Assembly (NCBI GenBank): GCA_040902765.1
Contig: JBBDWO010000030.1
Span: 1,598-65,597 of the forward strand
Length of the DNA stretch: 64,000 nt
Direction of reading: 5' to 3'
Source: Acidimicrobiia bacterium
GTDB lineage: Bacteria > Actinomycetota > Acidimicrobiia > Spongiisociales > UBA11373
Shown here piece after piece: positions 47,671 through 57,699 of this stretch. Within the stretch, counting starts at the first letter, position 1. Each line of letters starts with the position of its first letter. The translations under genes were made by a program, and so were the position numbers. Below the pieces are notes generated by a model, which was not told where the DNA came from, searched no databases, and saw only the letters and a list, made by a program, of their open reading frames with translations.

Positions 47671-48747
47671 TCAAAGAAGCACTCTCGCTGCCCAGCCGGT
47701 GGGGTCGTCGAGTTCGGTGTCGGTCGGGAGCATGTCCGGACCCTCCCAGAGGCGATCCAGGGCGTCGTCGCCCCAGCGGCGGGCGACGTCATTGCAGAAG
47801 GTGGTGCCCCTCGACGGTACACCCGGGTCGAGGCTCACGCCGAGGAAGCCGTGGGCGAGCCCCTCCTGTCCTCGAGCCTCGGACCGGCGAGCGTCGAGCG
47901 CCACCTCGATCCGGTCCAGGTCGGGCAGGTAGGCGGCTCCGACCCGCCGGACGATCGCCGCTCCACATCCTTCGATCACGGAGTAGAAGGCGGTCAGCCT
48001 TTGGTGCGACTCGCCGAACTCGGTGGGCTGATCGAAGATCTGCGGGGTGTCACCGCCATCGAGGATCCTCTGGATCGCATCGGGATCTTGGAGGAGTCGC
48101 AGCCGTTCCTGGAGCGCCTCGTCATCGATGTCCGTGCTCGCCGCGTGGGCATCGCCGAGCATCTCCAGGTGCTCGTGGGTCCAGGGGACCTCGAGGATCG
48201 CCTGGTGTGCCACTTCGCGCAGCGCCGCCCACATGGTCACCTGCTGCCGGTCGAGGTCGTGGCCGTCGGCGAGTTCGGTGAGGTTGTCGGGCACGAAAGT
48301 GGGGGCGCGCGCTGCGCTCTCGATGATCCCCCGGTCGAAGCTCGCGCAGACTCGTCGGCTCACGAGGCCGCTGAGCGCACCCACCTGCATGCCGACTAGC
48401 GACGGTGCCAGCGGCTGCAGCATCGCACCCAGCTCCCCTCCGGCGGCCCCCATGCGCTCGGCGATCGGAGCCGCCAGGTAGGTGAGGCCCTCGCTGGTCG
48501 AGCCTGCCCAGGAGCGGCGATCGAGGATGGACGGTGGTGACGGAAGTGCCGTCGCATCCAGCGGGGTACCGGCGGCAACGAGCCGCTGAGCCGTTGGCAC
48601 GAGATCCAGTAGCTGATCTGCTGCCCACGGATCGATGGGCGCGGCCGGCCCGGCGACGCTCTCGGCGATCTCCCGGGCGAGGCGCCAGTTGACCGGCCCG
48701 GGGGATCGGAACAGGTCGGCGAGCCGGTCGAAGAGGTTGTCGGTCAC
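47671..48747 (-). CDS. putative zincin-like metallo-hydrolase (DUF2342 / F420-biosynthesis-associated-type hydrolase family)
   Basis: Size, composition and the ...EVAHQAILEVPWTHEHLE... region resemble the actinobacterial Zincin_2 family from memory, but I did not identify a clean HExxH. The family call is low-confidence. The ORF itself is well supported, and its 4-nt overlap with htrA suggests co-transcription. Confidence 0.35.
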   Translation of the reverse strand: MTDNLFDRLADLFRSPGPVNWRLAREIAESVAGPAAPIDPWAADQLLDLVPTAQRLVAAGTPLDATALPSPPSILDRRSWAGSTSEGLTYLAAPIAERMGAAGGELGAMLQPLAPSLVGMQVGALSGLVSRRVCASFDRGIIESAARAPTFVPDNLTELADGHDLDRQQVTMWAALREVAHQAILEVPWTHEHLEMLGDAHAASTDIDDEALQERLRLLQDPDAIQRILDGGDTPQIFDQPTEFGESHQRLTAFYSVIEGCGAAIVRRVGAAYLPDLDRIEVALDARRSEARGQEGLAHGFLGVSLDPGVPSRGTTFCNDVARRWGDDALDRLWEGPDMLPTDTELDDPTGWAARVLL

Positions 48748-49955
48748 ACGCCCTCCGGTCGCTGGCGGAGGGTGATGTCGAAGGTGAGGCGTTCGCCGGA
48801 TCGGTCGACGACGAGCTGGACGACATCATCCACCCGGCGAAGCCGCATACGGACGACCAGGTCCTCCATCGTCGTCAGCTCGAAGCCGTCGACGGCCACG
48901 ATCACGTCGCCAGTGGCGACCCCGGCATCGGCGGCCGCGGTGTCCGCGATCACCTCCTCGACGAGCACCCCGGCAGGGCGGCTGGAACCGTCATCCGACT
49001 CCGGATAGTGGGTGCTGCCGGAGACTCCGAGGAAGGCATGGGTGACCACCCCGTCCTCGATCAGGTCGGCGACGATGCGCTCCACGATCTCGATGGGGAT
49101 GACGAACCCGACACCCTCCTGCCCGTAGTCGCTCACTCCGACGCCGGTGGTGATGCCGATGAGGAGTCCCCGTCCGTCGACGAGGGCGCCGCCGCTCGAC
49201 CCACGGGTGAATGGCGCATCGGTCTGGAGGAGGCCGAAGTGATCCCTACCGCTGATGGTGACACTGCGATTCAACGCCGAGACGACGCCGGCGGTCACCG
49301 ATGGGCCACCCCCGATGAGCTGCGGGTTCCCCACCGTGTAGGCCGAATCCCCGACGGAGATGTCCTCGGTGCTGCCTGTGGCGAGTGGCACCAGTCCGGG
49401 ACGGTCGACGGTGACGACGGCCAGATCGGTCAGGTCGTCGCTGCCGACCAGTGTCGCCGGGACGATCGTCCCGTCGCTGAAGGTGATCTGGATGGCGGCG
49501 GCATCGGCGATGACGTGGTGGTTGGTGACGATGTGGCGATCGTCGAAGATCACACCCGAGCCGCCGCCCTGTCCGACGAATCCGTCGTCGGTGGCCGTAC
49601 CGACCTGCACGACGACGATGGACGGGATGACGGCGCGAGCGACGTCGGCGAGGCTCGGGTCTGCCGGCAGTGTCGAGGTGGTAGTGGCCGGGGGCAGGGT
49701 GGTGGTGACGGTGGTGGCGACCGCTTCCACCCGGTCGGTCGCCCATCGGGTCGTCACCGCTCCGACGATCGAGCCGAAGAGCGCGGCCATGGCGACCACC
49801 AGCACGAGCGCAGCCGAGACTCGCCGCGATCGGGGCTCTCTTCGCGGGGTCGCCGCCGGTAGCGGGGGCCAAGCGATCGGCTGGGACGGCGCCGGCTCCG
49901 CGGGATCGAACGTCGGGTCGGTGCCAGCGTCGGCTGGCCCGGTAGTGTCGGCCAT
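48744..49955 (-). CDS. htrA: HtrA/DegP-family trypsin-like serine protease with C-terminal PDZ domain and N-terminal TM anchor
   Basis: The catalytic triad context (HIVTNHHV, DLAVV, GSSGGAL) and a PDZ domain. I chose ATG 49955 (MADTTGP). The ORF-table start at 50180 adds 75 Arg/Pro-rich residues. Confidence 0.8.
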   Translation of the reverse strand: MADTTGPADAGTDPTFDPAEPAPSQPIAWPPLPAATPRREPRSRRVSAALVLVVAMAALFGSIVGAVTTRWATDRVEAVATTVTTTLPPATTTSTLPADPSLADVARAVIPSIVVVQVGTATDDGFVGQGGGSGVIFDDRHIVTNHHVIADAAAIQITFSDGTIVPATLVGSDDLTDLAVVTVDRPGLVPLATGSTEDISVGDSAYTVGNPQLIGGGPSVTAGVVSALNRSVTISGRDHFGLLQTDAPFTRGSSGGALVDGRGLLIGITTGVGVSDYGQEGVGFVIPIEIVERIVADLIEDGVVTHAFLGVSGSTHYPESDDGSSRPAGVLVEEVIADTAAADAGVATGDVIVAVDGFELTTMEDLVVRMRLRRVDDVVQLVVDRSGERLTFDITLRQRPEGV

Positions 49956-49966
49956 GAGGCGATTGT

Positions 49967-50419
49967 ATGGACCCAGAATCCCTACGCCGACCCGGCGACC
50001 TGGTGGTCGTCTCGGCCGACCCCATCGACCCGACGGCCCTCGTCGCCCGGGTCGTTGTACCCGCCGCGGGCGCCGTGGTGCTGTTCCTGGGCACGGTGCG
50101 GGACCACTCTGCGGATCGCCGGGGGGTCGTCGCCCTCGAATACGAGGCGTACACGGGCGTGGTGGAGGAGTCGATCTCATCGGTCGTCGGCGAAGCCCGT
50201 GACCGCTGGCCGCTGTTGGTGGTCGCCGTGGCTCACCGCACCGGGCGACTCGCGGTGGGGGAGGCCTCGGTCGGCGTCGCCGTGTCGGCTGCTCATCGTC
50301 CCGAAGCCTTCGACGCCGCCCGCTACCTCATCGACGAGTTGAAGCAGCGCGCCCCGATCTGGAAGAAGGAGATCTGGGAAGAAGGCGAAGAGTGGGTTTC
50401 AGGAGCTGGTAGCTCATAG
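49967..50419 (+). CDS. moaE: molybdopterin synthase catalytic subunit MoaE
   Basis: MoaE-family motifs (LFLGTVRD, ALEYEAY, VAVAHRTG). The last four codons (AGSS) and the TAG stop lie within heptamer units. Confidence 0.8.
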   Translation: MDPESLRRPGDLVVVSADPIDPTALVARVVVPAAGAVVLFLGTVRDHSADRRGVVALEYEAYTGVVEESISSVVGEARDRWPLLVVAVAHRTGRLAVGEASVGVAVSAAHRPEAFDAARYLIDELKQRAPIWKKEIWEEGEEWVSGAGSS

Positions 50420-50507
50420 CTCATGGCTCATGGCCAGAGAAGCATCGGTTGACGGGTAACGGGTAACGGGTAACCGGCAACGGGTGACGCCGCTGCCCCG
50501 GCAGCGG
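50404..50507. repeat. GCTGGT, (AGCTCAT)x2, GGCTCAT, GGCCAGA overlapping the moaE 3' end; then GGTTGAC, (GGGTAAC)x3, CGGCAAC, GGGTGAC; then a small GC hairpin CCGCTGCC/GGCAGCGG
   Basis: Read from the sequence. Confidence 0.85.
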
Positions 50508-50555
50508 GGCGCCCGGCTTGGTATCGTGCTCGCCCAACGCCCCCGGGGAGTCCCG

Positions 50556-51338
50556 TTGTTGCAGCTGAAGAATCTCGAGGTCGTCTACAGCGATGTGATC
50601 CTCGTGCTTCGCGGCATCTCGCTGCAGGTTCCCGACGGCAAGATCGTCGCGCTTCTCGGCGCCAATGGCGCGGGGAAGACCACCTCGCTGCGGGCGATCA
50701 GCGGGCTGCTCGACGTACACAACGGGGATGTGACCAAGGGACAGATCCTGCTCGACGAGCGTCCGATCCATGCCCTCGCCCCACACAGGATCGTGGGGGC
50801 CGGAATCAGTCAGGTGCTCGAGGGCCGGCGGATCCTCGGCGAGATCAGCGTCGAGGAGAACCTCCGGCTGGGGGCGCACACCGCCCGCAAGCACATGGCC
50901 GAGAGTCTCGATCGCGTCTACGGGCTGTTCCCCGCCCTCAAGGAGCGACCGAAGTTCACCGCCGGCTACCTCAGCGGCGGCCAGCAGCAGATGCTGGCGA
51001 TAGGACGGGCGCTCATGTCGCGTCCGAGGTTCCTGCTCCTCGACGAGCCCAGCCTCGGGTTGGCGCCGCTGCTGGTCCAGCAGATCCGCGACATCATCGT
51101 GGAGATCAACCGGCAGGGCACCGGCGTGCTCCTCGTCGAGCAGAACGCGATGATGGCGCTGTCGATCGCCGATCACGGCTACATCCTCGAGACCGGGAAG
51201 GTGGTCATGGACAAGCCCGCCCAGACCTTGCTCCAGGACGACGACGTGCGGGAGTTCTATCTGGGCCTGCACGGTGAGGACACCGCCTCGTTCGCCCAGG
51301 TCAAGCACTACCGACGCAAGAAGAGGTGGTTGTCATGA
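50556..51338 (+). CDS. livF: branched-chain amino acid-type ABC transporter ATP-binding protein (LivF-like)
   Basis: Walker A GANGAGKTT and signature LSGGQQQML. The start is uncertain. I chose TTG 50556, with GGGAG upstream, while the ORF-table start at 50484 adds a non-conserved leader. Confidence 0.7.
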   Translation: MLQLKNLEVVYSDVILVLRGISLQVPDGKIVALLGANGAGKTTSLRAISGLLDVHNGDVTKGQILLDERPIHALAPHRIVGAGISQVLEGRRILGEISVEENLRLGAHTARKHMAESLDRVYGLFPALKERPKFTAGYLSGGQQQMLAIGRALMSRPRFLLLDEPSLGLAPLLVQQIRDIIVEINRQGTGVLLVEQNAMMALSIADHGYILETGKVVMDKPAQTLLQDDDVREFYLGLHGEDTASFAQVKHYRRKKRWLS

Positions 51339-52174
51339 GAGCTCGCTTGCTTCACGAGGTCCTCGAGCCGAGCACCGGCGACGAGGTGGTGCTCGACATC
51401 GATGATCTCCACCTCTCGTTTGCCGGCATCAAGGCGATCGACGGCGTATCACTCGCCGTCCGCAACGGTGAGATCTTCGCCATCATCGGACCCAACGGAG
51501 CCGGCAAGACGTCGATCTTCAACTGCATATCGGGTGTCTACCACCCGCAGGAGGGGTCGATCCGATTCCTGGGCGAGGACATCCTGGGTAAGAAGCCGAG
51601 CGCCATCGCCAACATGGGGGTAGCGCGCACCTTCCAGAACATCGAGCTCTTTCCGCAGATGACGGTGCTCGACAACCTCATGTTGGGCCGACATCGCCAC
51701 CTCCGCTACGGAACGGTTGCCGGAATGGTGCGGGTCGGCAGGGCGGCCCGCCAGGAGGCCGAGAACCGCGAGGTGGTCGAGGCGATCATCGACTTCCTCG
51801 ACATCCAGCCTCACCGCAAGTCCTACGTGTTGATGCTTCCCTACGGGATCCAGAAGCGGGTCGAGCTGGGTCGGGCGCTCGCCATGGCCCCCAGGGTGTT
51901 GCTCCTCGACGAGCCCGCCGCCGGGATGAACCTCGAGGAGACCGAGGACATGGCCCGGTTCATCACCGACATCCGCCGGGAGCTCGGTATCGCCGTCGTT
52001 CTCGTAGACCACGACATGCGCATGGTCATGGATCTCGCCGATCGGGTACTCGTCATCGACTTCGGCAAGCCGATAACCACCGGGACCCCGGCCGAGATTC
52101 AATCAAACCAGGACGTGATCGCCGCCTACCTGGGGCAGCCCCATGCGACCGCAGAGACAGGAGAGCACTCATGA
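51335..52174 (+). CDS. livG: branched-chain amino acid-type ABC transporter ATP-binding protein (LivG-like)
   Basis: GPNGAGKTS and the LivG-type C-terminal extension. ATG 51335 overlaps the livF stop. Confidence 0.8.
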   Translation: MRARLLHEVLEPSTGDEVVLDIDDLHLSFAGIKAIDGVSLAVRNGEIFAIIGPNGAGKTSIFNCISGVYHPQEGSIRFLGEDILGKKPSAIANMGVARTFQNIELFPQMTVLDNLMLGRHRHLRYGTVAGMVRVGRAARQEAENREVVEAIIDFLDIQPHRKSYVLMLPYGIQKRVELGRALAMAPRVLLLDEPAAGMNLEETEDMARFITDIRRELGIAVVLVDHDMRMVMDLADRVLVIDFGKPITTGTPAEIQSNQDVIAAYLGQPHATAETGEHS

Positions 52175-54021
52175 CCGCCACCCTCGATCACCAGACCACA
52201 CTGAACACGCCGGCGGCCCAGTTGCGCCGTCGTGCCGAGGAGATGCCGACCGCGGTGGCGCTGCGCGAAAAGAATCGCGGCATCTGGCGCGAGGTCACCT
52301 GGGCCGAGTATTGGGATCAGGCGGAGACGTTCGCCCACGCCCTCATCGCTCATGGCGTGGAGCGGGGCGATCGGATCGGCATCCACTCGGACAATCGACC
52401 GGAGTGGTTGTACACCGACCTCGGGTCGCTCTCCGCCGGGGCGGCCTGCATGGGCCTGTACCCCACCAACCCGGCCGCCGAAGTCCAGTACCTCCTTCAG
52501 AACTCGGGGTCGCGGATCCTGGTGGTCGAAGACGAGGAGCAGGCGGACAAGGTCCTGGCGATCCCGACGGACGTACTCCCCGCACTCGAAGTCATCGTGT
52601 ACCTGGAGCATCGGGGGGTGGACGCCTATGACGATCCCCGGCTCATCTCCTGGGATGCCTTCATGGCCGCCGGCCGCGCCCATCGCGAGGAACATCCCGA
52701 TGCCGTGGCCGAGAGGATGGCGGCGGCGACCCCGAGCGACCTCGCCTACCTGGTGTACACATCCGGCACGACCGGCCCTCCCAAGGGATCGATGCTCACC
52801 CTGGGGAATCTCCAGTTCGCCATGCAGGTGGCGAACAGTGAGGAAGGCCTCATCGGCGAGCCGCCCGGCACCGACGACCTGGTGGTGTCCTACCTGCCGC
52901 TGTGTCACATCTACGAGAAGCTGGTGTCCGTCCTCGTCGGCATAGGATCGGGCACGGTCATCCACTTCGGGGAGTCACTGGACACCCTCGTCCAGGACAT
53001 GCGTGAAGTCCAGCCCACGATCGTGCAGGGCGTCCCTCGCATCTGGGAGCGGATCCACTCCATGATGCTCGTCAAGCTGGCGTCCGGGTCCCGCCTCAAG
53101 CGGGCCAACTCGGTGATCTGGATGCGGGTGGCACGCCTCGTCGGGCGAACCCTGGTGCGTACCGAGGGTCGCCACACCCTCCTGTCCAGGGCGCTCTACA
53201 CGCTGGGCAACCTGTTCCTGTATCGGGCGCTCCGCGACCGCGTCGGGCTGCGGCGGGTGCGGTACGGGATATCCGGCGCGGCGCCGATCGCTCCCGAGAT
53301 CCTCGAGTTCTTCATGTCGATCGGTGTCCCCATCCATGAGGCCTACGGCATGACCGAGAACTCCGCCATCGCCACCCGTAACGTTCCCGGGCGTATCAAG
53401 GTGGGCACGGTCGGCGAGCCCTCACCGGAGATCGAGGTGAGACTCGATCCGGCGACCAACGAGATCCTGATGCGGCACCCGGCCGTGTTCGCCGGCTACT
53501 GGAACATGCCCGATGCTACGGCGCGCACCATCGACGCCGACGGCTGGCTCCACACGGGAGACGTGGGGGAGTGGGTCGACGGCACCCACATCCGGATAAT
53601 CGACCGCATCAAGGACATCATCATCACCAGCGGCGGCAAGAACATCTCGCCGTCGGAGATCGAGAACTCGATCAAGACGTCACCGTTCATCAAGGAGGCG
53701 ATCGTCATCGGCGATCGCCGCAAGTACCTCACCGCGCTCATCGGCATCGAGTTCGAGGTGGTCAGCGAGTGGGCTCAGCGGCGCAAGATCCCGCACACCA
53801 CCTATCGCGACCTGTCAGAGAAGCCCGAGGTGGTGGAACTGGTACGCAAGGCGGTCGATGCCACCAACGAGAAATTCGCCCGGGTCGAGCAGATCAAGAC
53901 ATTCCGCCTGCTCACCAAGGAACTCGATCATGAGGACGGCGAGCTGACGGCGACCCAGAAGGTGAAGCGCTCCATCATCGAAGAGCGGTTCGCCGACGAC
54001 ATCGAGTCGATGTATCGATGA
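52171..54021 (+). CDS. long-chain-fatty-acid--CoA ligase (AMP-dependent synthetase), embedded in the ABC transporter operon
   Basis: AMP-binding motif YTSGTTGPPKG plus the downstream adenylation-domain motifs. It shares 4-nt overlaps with both neighbours. Confidence 0.8.
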   Translation: MTATLDHQTTLNTPAAQLRRRAEEMPTAVALREKNRGIWREVTWAEYWDQAETFAHALIAHGVERGDRIGIHSDNRPEWLYTDLGSLSAGAACMGLYPTNPAAEVQYLLQNSGSRILVVEDEEQADKVLAIPTDVLPALEVIVYLEHRGVDAYDDPRLISWDAFMAAGRAHREEHPDAVAERMAAATPSDLAYLVYTSGTTGPPKGSMLTLGNLQFAMQVANSEEGLIGEPPGTDDLVVSYLPLCHIYEKLVSVLVGIGSGTVIHFGESLDTLVQDMREVQPTIVQGVPRIWERIHSMMLVKLASGSRLKRANSVIWMRVARLVGRTLVRTEGRHTLLSRALYTLGNLFLYRALRDRVGLRRVRYGISGAAPIAPEILEFFMSIGVPIHEAYGMTENSAIATRNVPGRIKVGTVGEPSPEIEVRLDPATNEILMRHPAVFAGYWNMPDATARTIDADGWLHTGDVGEWVDGTHIRIIDRIKDIIITSGGKNISPSEIENSIKTSPFIKEAIVIGDRRKYLTALIGIEFEVVSEWAQRRKIPHTTYRDLSEKPEVVELVRKAVDATNEKFARVEQIKTFRLLTKELDHEDGELTATQKVKRSIIEERFADDIESMYR

Positions 54022-54908
54022 GCCTCCTCCAGGTCCTCGTCAACGGCGTGGCCCTGGCCGCCATCTACGCGATGGTGGCGCTCGGATTCGTGATCGTCTT
54101 CAAATCGACGCAGGTGCTCAACTTCGCCCAGCCGGCCCTCCTGTTGCTCGGTGCCTACTGGGTGGTCTACTTCGCCACCGTCTGGAACTTCCCGTTCTAT
54201 ATCGCTATCGCCATCGCCGTAGTGCTGTCGGCGCTCACCGGGGTGGTGGTGGAGCGGACCGCGCTGCGCCCGATGGTGGGCAAACCGGTCTTCGCTGTGG
54301 CGATCATGACGATCGGCATCAACACGGTGCTGACCATCTTCGCCCTCGACCTCATCGGGGTGAACATCCTGGGTATGGGCGACCCCTGGGGCCTGCAGAC
54401 CCTCCAGATGGGTCCGGTGTCGATCGGGCATCGCCAGCTGGCGGCGATCGCCACCGCAGCGATCCTGGTGGTGCTCCTGCTCGCCTTCTTCCGGTACACG
54501 CGGTTCGGCCTGGCGATGCGGGCCAGCGCCTTCGATCAGGAGGTGGCGCTGACCGCGGGGGTCTCGGTGGCAGCGGTCTTCGCCGTCTCCTGGGCACTGG
54601 CGGCAGTGTTGGCGATGTTCGGCGGCCTCTTCATCGGGACCGGCTTCGGTCTCGACCGGACCGCGGGCGTGGTCGCCCTCAAGGCGTTGCCCGTGGTGGT
54701 GGTCGGCGGGCTCGACTCGATCGCGGGAGCCCTGGTCGGCGCGCTGATCGTCGCCGTCGCCGAGACGATGACGGCCTTCTACCAGCCGCAGTACGCCGAG
54801 TTCCTCGGCAGGAACTTCTCCCAGGTGGTGCCCTATCTCGTCATGTTCCTGGTGCTGTTGGTCAAGCCGCACGGCCTCTTCGGGACCGAGGAGGTCGAGC
54901 GCGTATGA
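54018..54908 (+). CDS. livH: branched-chain amino acid-type ABC transporter permease (LivH-like)
   Basis: The LivH N-terminus MSLLQVLVNGVALAAIYAMVALGF. Confidence 0.8.
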   Translation: MSLLQVLVNGVALAAIYAMVALGFVIVFKSTQVLNFAQPALLLLGAYWVVYFATVWNFPFYIAIAIAVVLSALTGVVVERTALRPMVGKPVFAVAIMTIGINTVLTIFALDLIGVNILGMGDPWGLQTLQMGPVSIGHRQLAAIATAAILVVLLLAFFRYTRFGLAMRASAFDQEVALTAGVSVAAVFAVSWALAAVLAMFGGLFIGTGFGLDRTAGVVALKALPVVVVGGLDSIAGALVGALIVAVAETMTAFYQPQYAEFLGRNFSQVVPYLVMFLVLLVKPHGLFGTEEVERV

Positions 54909-56101
54909 GGCTCCGACCCGGCCTCGTCACCGACTACGACTCGGACGGCGCCATCTTCCGCAGCAGCGTGACCCGGCTCTGGTTCGGGCTGTTGTTGGTC
55001 GGGGCCGTGATCCTGGGCCTCGGCGTGCGCATTCCGATCGTCCCGGGTGTCTTCGGGATCCAGCTCGAGGCCGACATCCGCCTTCTGGCTGTTGGCGCTT
55101 TGTTCGCCGCCATCGCCGCCATCGGCCTGAACATCGTCACCGGTCTCGCCGGGCAGGTCTCGCTCGGCCATGCCTTCTTTTTGGGCGTCGGGGCGTTCAC
55201 CGGCGCCATCCTCGGCGGGGTCGAGGTCAGCCGGCAGGTGTTCGACCTGGAGACCGGCGGTTTCGCCGAGCGGACCATCCTCTACGGCTTCGACCTCGAC
55301 CTGATCGTCTGGCTGCCGGCTGCCGGGCTGGTGGCCGCCGCCATCGGGCTCCTGGTGGCACCGGTGGCGTTTCGGCTGAAGGGGCTCTATCTGGCATTCG
55401 TCACCCTCGGCCTCGTCTTTCTCGGGGAGCACGTGTTCCGCGAGGCCGAGTCCTACACCGGCGGCGTCGGGGTCGGACGCGACACCGGCGTCCCCGAGGT
55501 CCTCGGGTTCCGTTTCGACCAGGCCGGCGAGGTGTTCGGCATCTTCCTGTCCAAGAATCAGAAGCTCTACTTCCTCGGCCTGATCCTGCTCCTCGTCATG
55601 GGTCTCGCCGCCAAGAACCTGGCGCGGTCGAAGGTGGGCCGGGCATTCGCCGCGGTGCGCGACCGGGACATCGCCGCCGAGATGATGGGCATCTCACTGA
55701 CTCGCTACAAGACGATCGCCTTCGTGGTCTCGTCGTTCTACGCCGGGGTCGCTGGCGCTCTGCTCTATGCGGCGATCGGCCGACTCGAACCTGCCGAGTT
55801 CAACCTTCTGCTCTCCATCCGCTACTTGGCGATGGTGCTCATCGGCGGCGTGGCGACCATCAGTGGGTCGATCATGGGGGCGTTCTTCATCACCTTCCTC
55901 CCCACGATGGTCAAGTGGCTGGCGGGTTTTGCGCTCTTCGGCTTCATCTCCACCACCGGCGGGGTGTTGACCACGGCCCAGTTCGAGCAGGTGATGTTCG
56001 GTCTGCTCATCGTCGGGTTTCTGATCTTCGAGCCGCTGGGGCTGTACGGTATATGGATCAGGGTCAGGAATTACTGGAAGTCCTGGCCGTTCAGCTACTG
56101 A
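54905..56101 (+). CDS. livM: branched-chain amino acid-type ABC transporter permease (LivM-like)
   Basis: BPD-transport permease of LivM type (398 aa). Confidence 0.8.
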   Translation: MRLRPGLVTDYDSDGAIFRSSVTRLWFGLLLVGAVILGLGVRIPIVPGVFGIQLEADIRLLAVGALFAAIAAIGLNIVTGLAGQVSLGHAFFLGVGAFTGAILGGVEVSRQVFDLETGGFAERTILYGFDLDLIVWLPAAGLVAAAIGLLVAPVAFRLKGLYLAFVTLGLVFLGEHVFREAESYTGGVGVGRDTGVPEVLGFRFDQAGEVFGIFLSKNQKLYFLGLILLLVMGLAAKNLARSKVGRAFAAVRDRDIAAEMMGISLTRYKTIAFVVSSFYAGVAGALLYAAIGRLEPAEFNLLLSIRYLAMVLIGGVATISGSIMGAFFITFLPTMVKWLAGFALFGFISTTGGVLTTAQFEQVMFGLLIVGFLIFEPLGLYGIWIRVRNYWKSWPFSY

Positions 56102-56177
56102 AAGTCCCGGCGACTTTGGATAGGCTTATAGTTCCGGTGTCCGACCGGCGACGTCCTAAGCGACTGAGGAGGAAGTA

Positions 56178-57566
56178 ATGAAGAGACGATGGCTCATGGC
56201 CACTGGCCTCGTGGCCGTGCTGGCCCTCGTGGCCTCGGCGTGCGGCGACGACGACACGACGACCACGACCGCCGCACCCACCACGACGGCGGCGCCCACG
56301 GCCACCACTGAGGCTCCGGATGACGAAGTCGCCTTCGATGTCGGTGTGACGCCGGCGCCGTGCGAAGATGCTGTCAACGACGGCAACGGGTGCATTTACC
56401 TCGGGATCATCTCGGACCTGAGCGACGGCCCGTTCGCCGCGGTGGCGATCCCGATCACCGACGCCCAGAAGCACTTCTGGCAACGGGTGAACGCCGACGG
56501 CGGACTCGACGGGTTCGACGTCATCATTCGTGACGAGGACACATTCGACGCCCACTACACCGGCCCCGGCACCGTGGAAGGCTTCGAGCTGATGGTCGAC
56601 CGGGTTCTGGCCTTTGCCCAGATCCTCGGCACCCCGCAGACCCAGGCGGTCATCCCCCGGATGATCGAGGAGAGCGTGGTCGCGGCACCCGCCACCTGGT
56701 GGTCGGGCTGGGCCTTCTCGGACCAGGGTGGCGATCACATCCTCGAGTCGGGTGCGCCGTACTGCCTGGAGGCCATTAACGGCATGACGGCCATGCACGG
56801 CCCGATGACAGAGAACTTCGGTGAGGACTACACCTGGGCGCTCGTCCGGTTCGGCGGCGACTACGGAGGCGACTACGGCAACGGCGCCATCATCGCCGCG
56901 GCGTTGATGGAACTCGGAGAGCCGCTGTTCGACCACCTGCAGACGTCGTTCGCAGCGGGCGGTGCTCCCGACGAGGCCGTGGGCTTGATCCTGACTCACC
57001 GTCCAGACCTCATCGTGTTCGTGACCGGGCCGCGGGAGATGGCGACGATCACCGGCGGTGCCTTCACCGCGGGCCACCAGGCCTTCCAGGTGCTCGGCGC
57101 CGCCCCGACGTGGAACGTAGGCCTCCTCCAGATCGCGGAGTTGGTTCCGCTCTTGGAGGCTGTTTACAACTCCACGATCCCGTGGGGCGGTTGGACCACC
57201 GACACGCCGGGGCACAGGGCCATGCGGGATGCCGCCGAGGCGAACGAAACCACGCCGAACGGTGGCTACGTCGCCGGTTGGGTGTGGTCGTATCCGATCA
57301 AGGCGCTGCTCGAGGCGGCCATCGCCTCCGGTGACCTGACGCGGGCCAACGTGCTCGCCGTCGCGGGCTCGCTGGCGGGCGTCGACTACGAGGGCATGCT
57401 GCCCACGCGGTCGTACGTCGGTGCCGTCAACGACCAGATCGTGCGGTCGTCGCTGCTGGCGCGGGTCCACAAGGAGGCGCCCGACGGCCTTAGGGTCGTC
57501 GCCCCCGAGTTCACCAGTCCGCTGGCGGACGGTTTCGATCTGGCCGCACCCTGCGACCTGGGGTAG
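56178..57566 (+). CDS. ABC transporter substrate-binding lipoprotein (LivJ/K-like periplasmic binding protein family)
   Basis: Signal peptide with lipobox LVASAC, a Thr/Ala-rich linker and a type I PBP fold. Confidence 0.7.
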   Translation: MKRRWLMATGLVAVLALVASACGDDDTTTTTAAPTTTAAPTATTEAPDDEVAFDVGVTPAPCEDAVNDGNGCIYLGIISDLSDGPFAAVAIPITDAQKHFWQRVNADGGLDGFDVIIRDEDTFDAHYTGPGTVEGFELMVDRVLAFAQILGTPQTQAVIPRMIEESVVAAPATWWSGWAFSDQGGDHILESGAPYCLEAINGMTAMHGPMTENFGEDYTWALVRFGGDYGGDYGNGAIIAAALMELGEPLFDHLQTSFAAGGAPDEAVGLILTHRPDLIVFVTGPREMATITGGAFTAGHQAFQVLGAAPTWNVGLLQIAELVPLLEAVYNSTIPWGGWTTDTPGHRAMRDAAEANETTPNGGYVAGWVWSYPIKALLEAAIASGDLTRANVLAVAGSLAGVDYEGMLPTRSYVGAVNDQIVRSSLLARVHKEAPDGLRVVAPEFTSPLADGFDLAAPCDLG

Positions 57567-57699
57567 CCGTCTGACATGACCGACGGGAGCGGCCCCCAAG
57601 GGCCGCTCCCGTCGCGTCCGGAGCCCTCCGGCTCTTGGCGCCGGCCGGTAGGCGGCAGCCGGTAACCGCAAGCCGCCGGTACCATCGCTTGCGGCGCTG

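Noticed and set aside
47671-48747. A confident call of the zincin-like hydrolase as an HExxH metalloprotease
   Set aside because: I could not locate a canonical HExxH in the translation (HEHLE is not HExxH). I kept the gene as a CDS but left the family assignment low-confidence.
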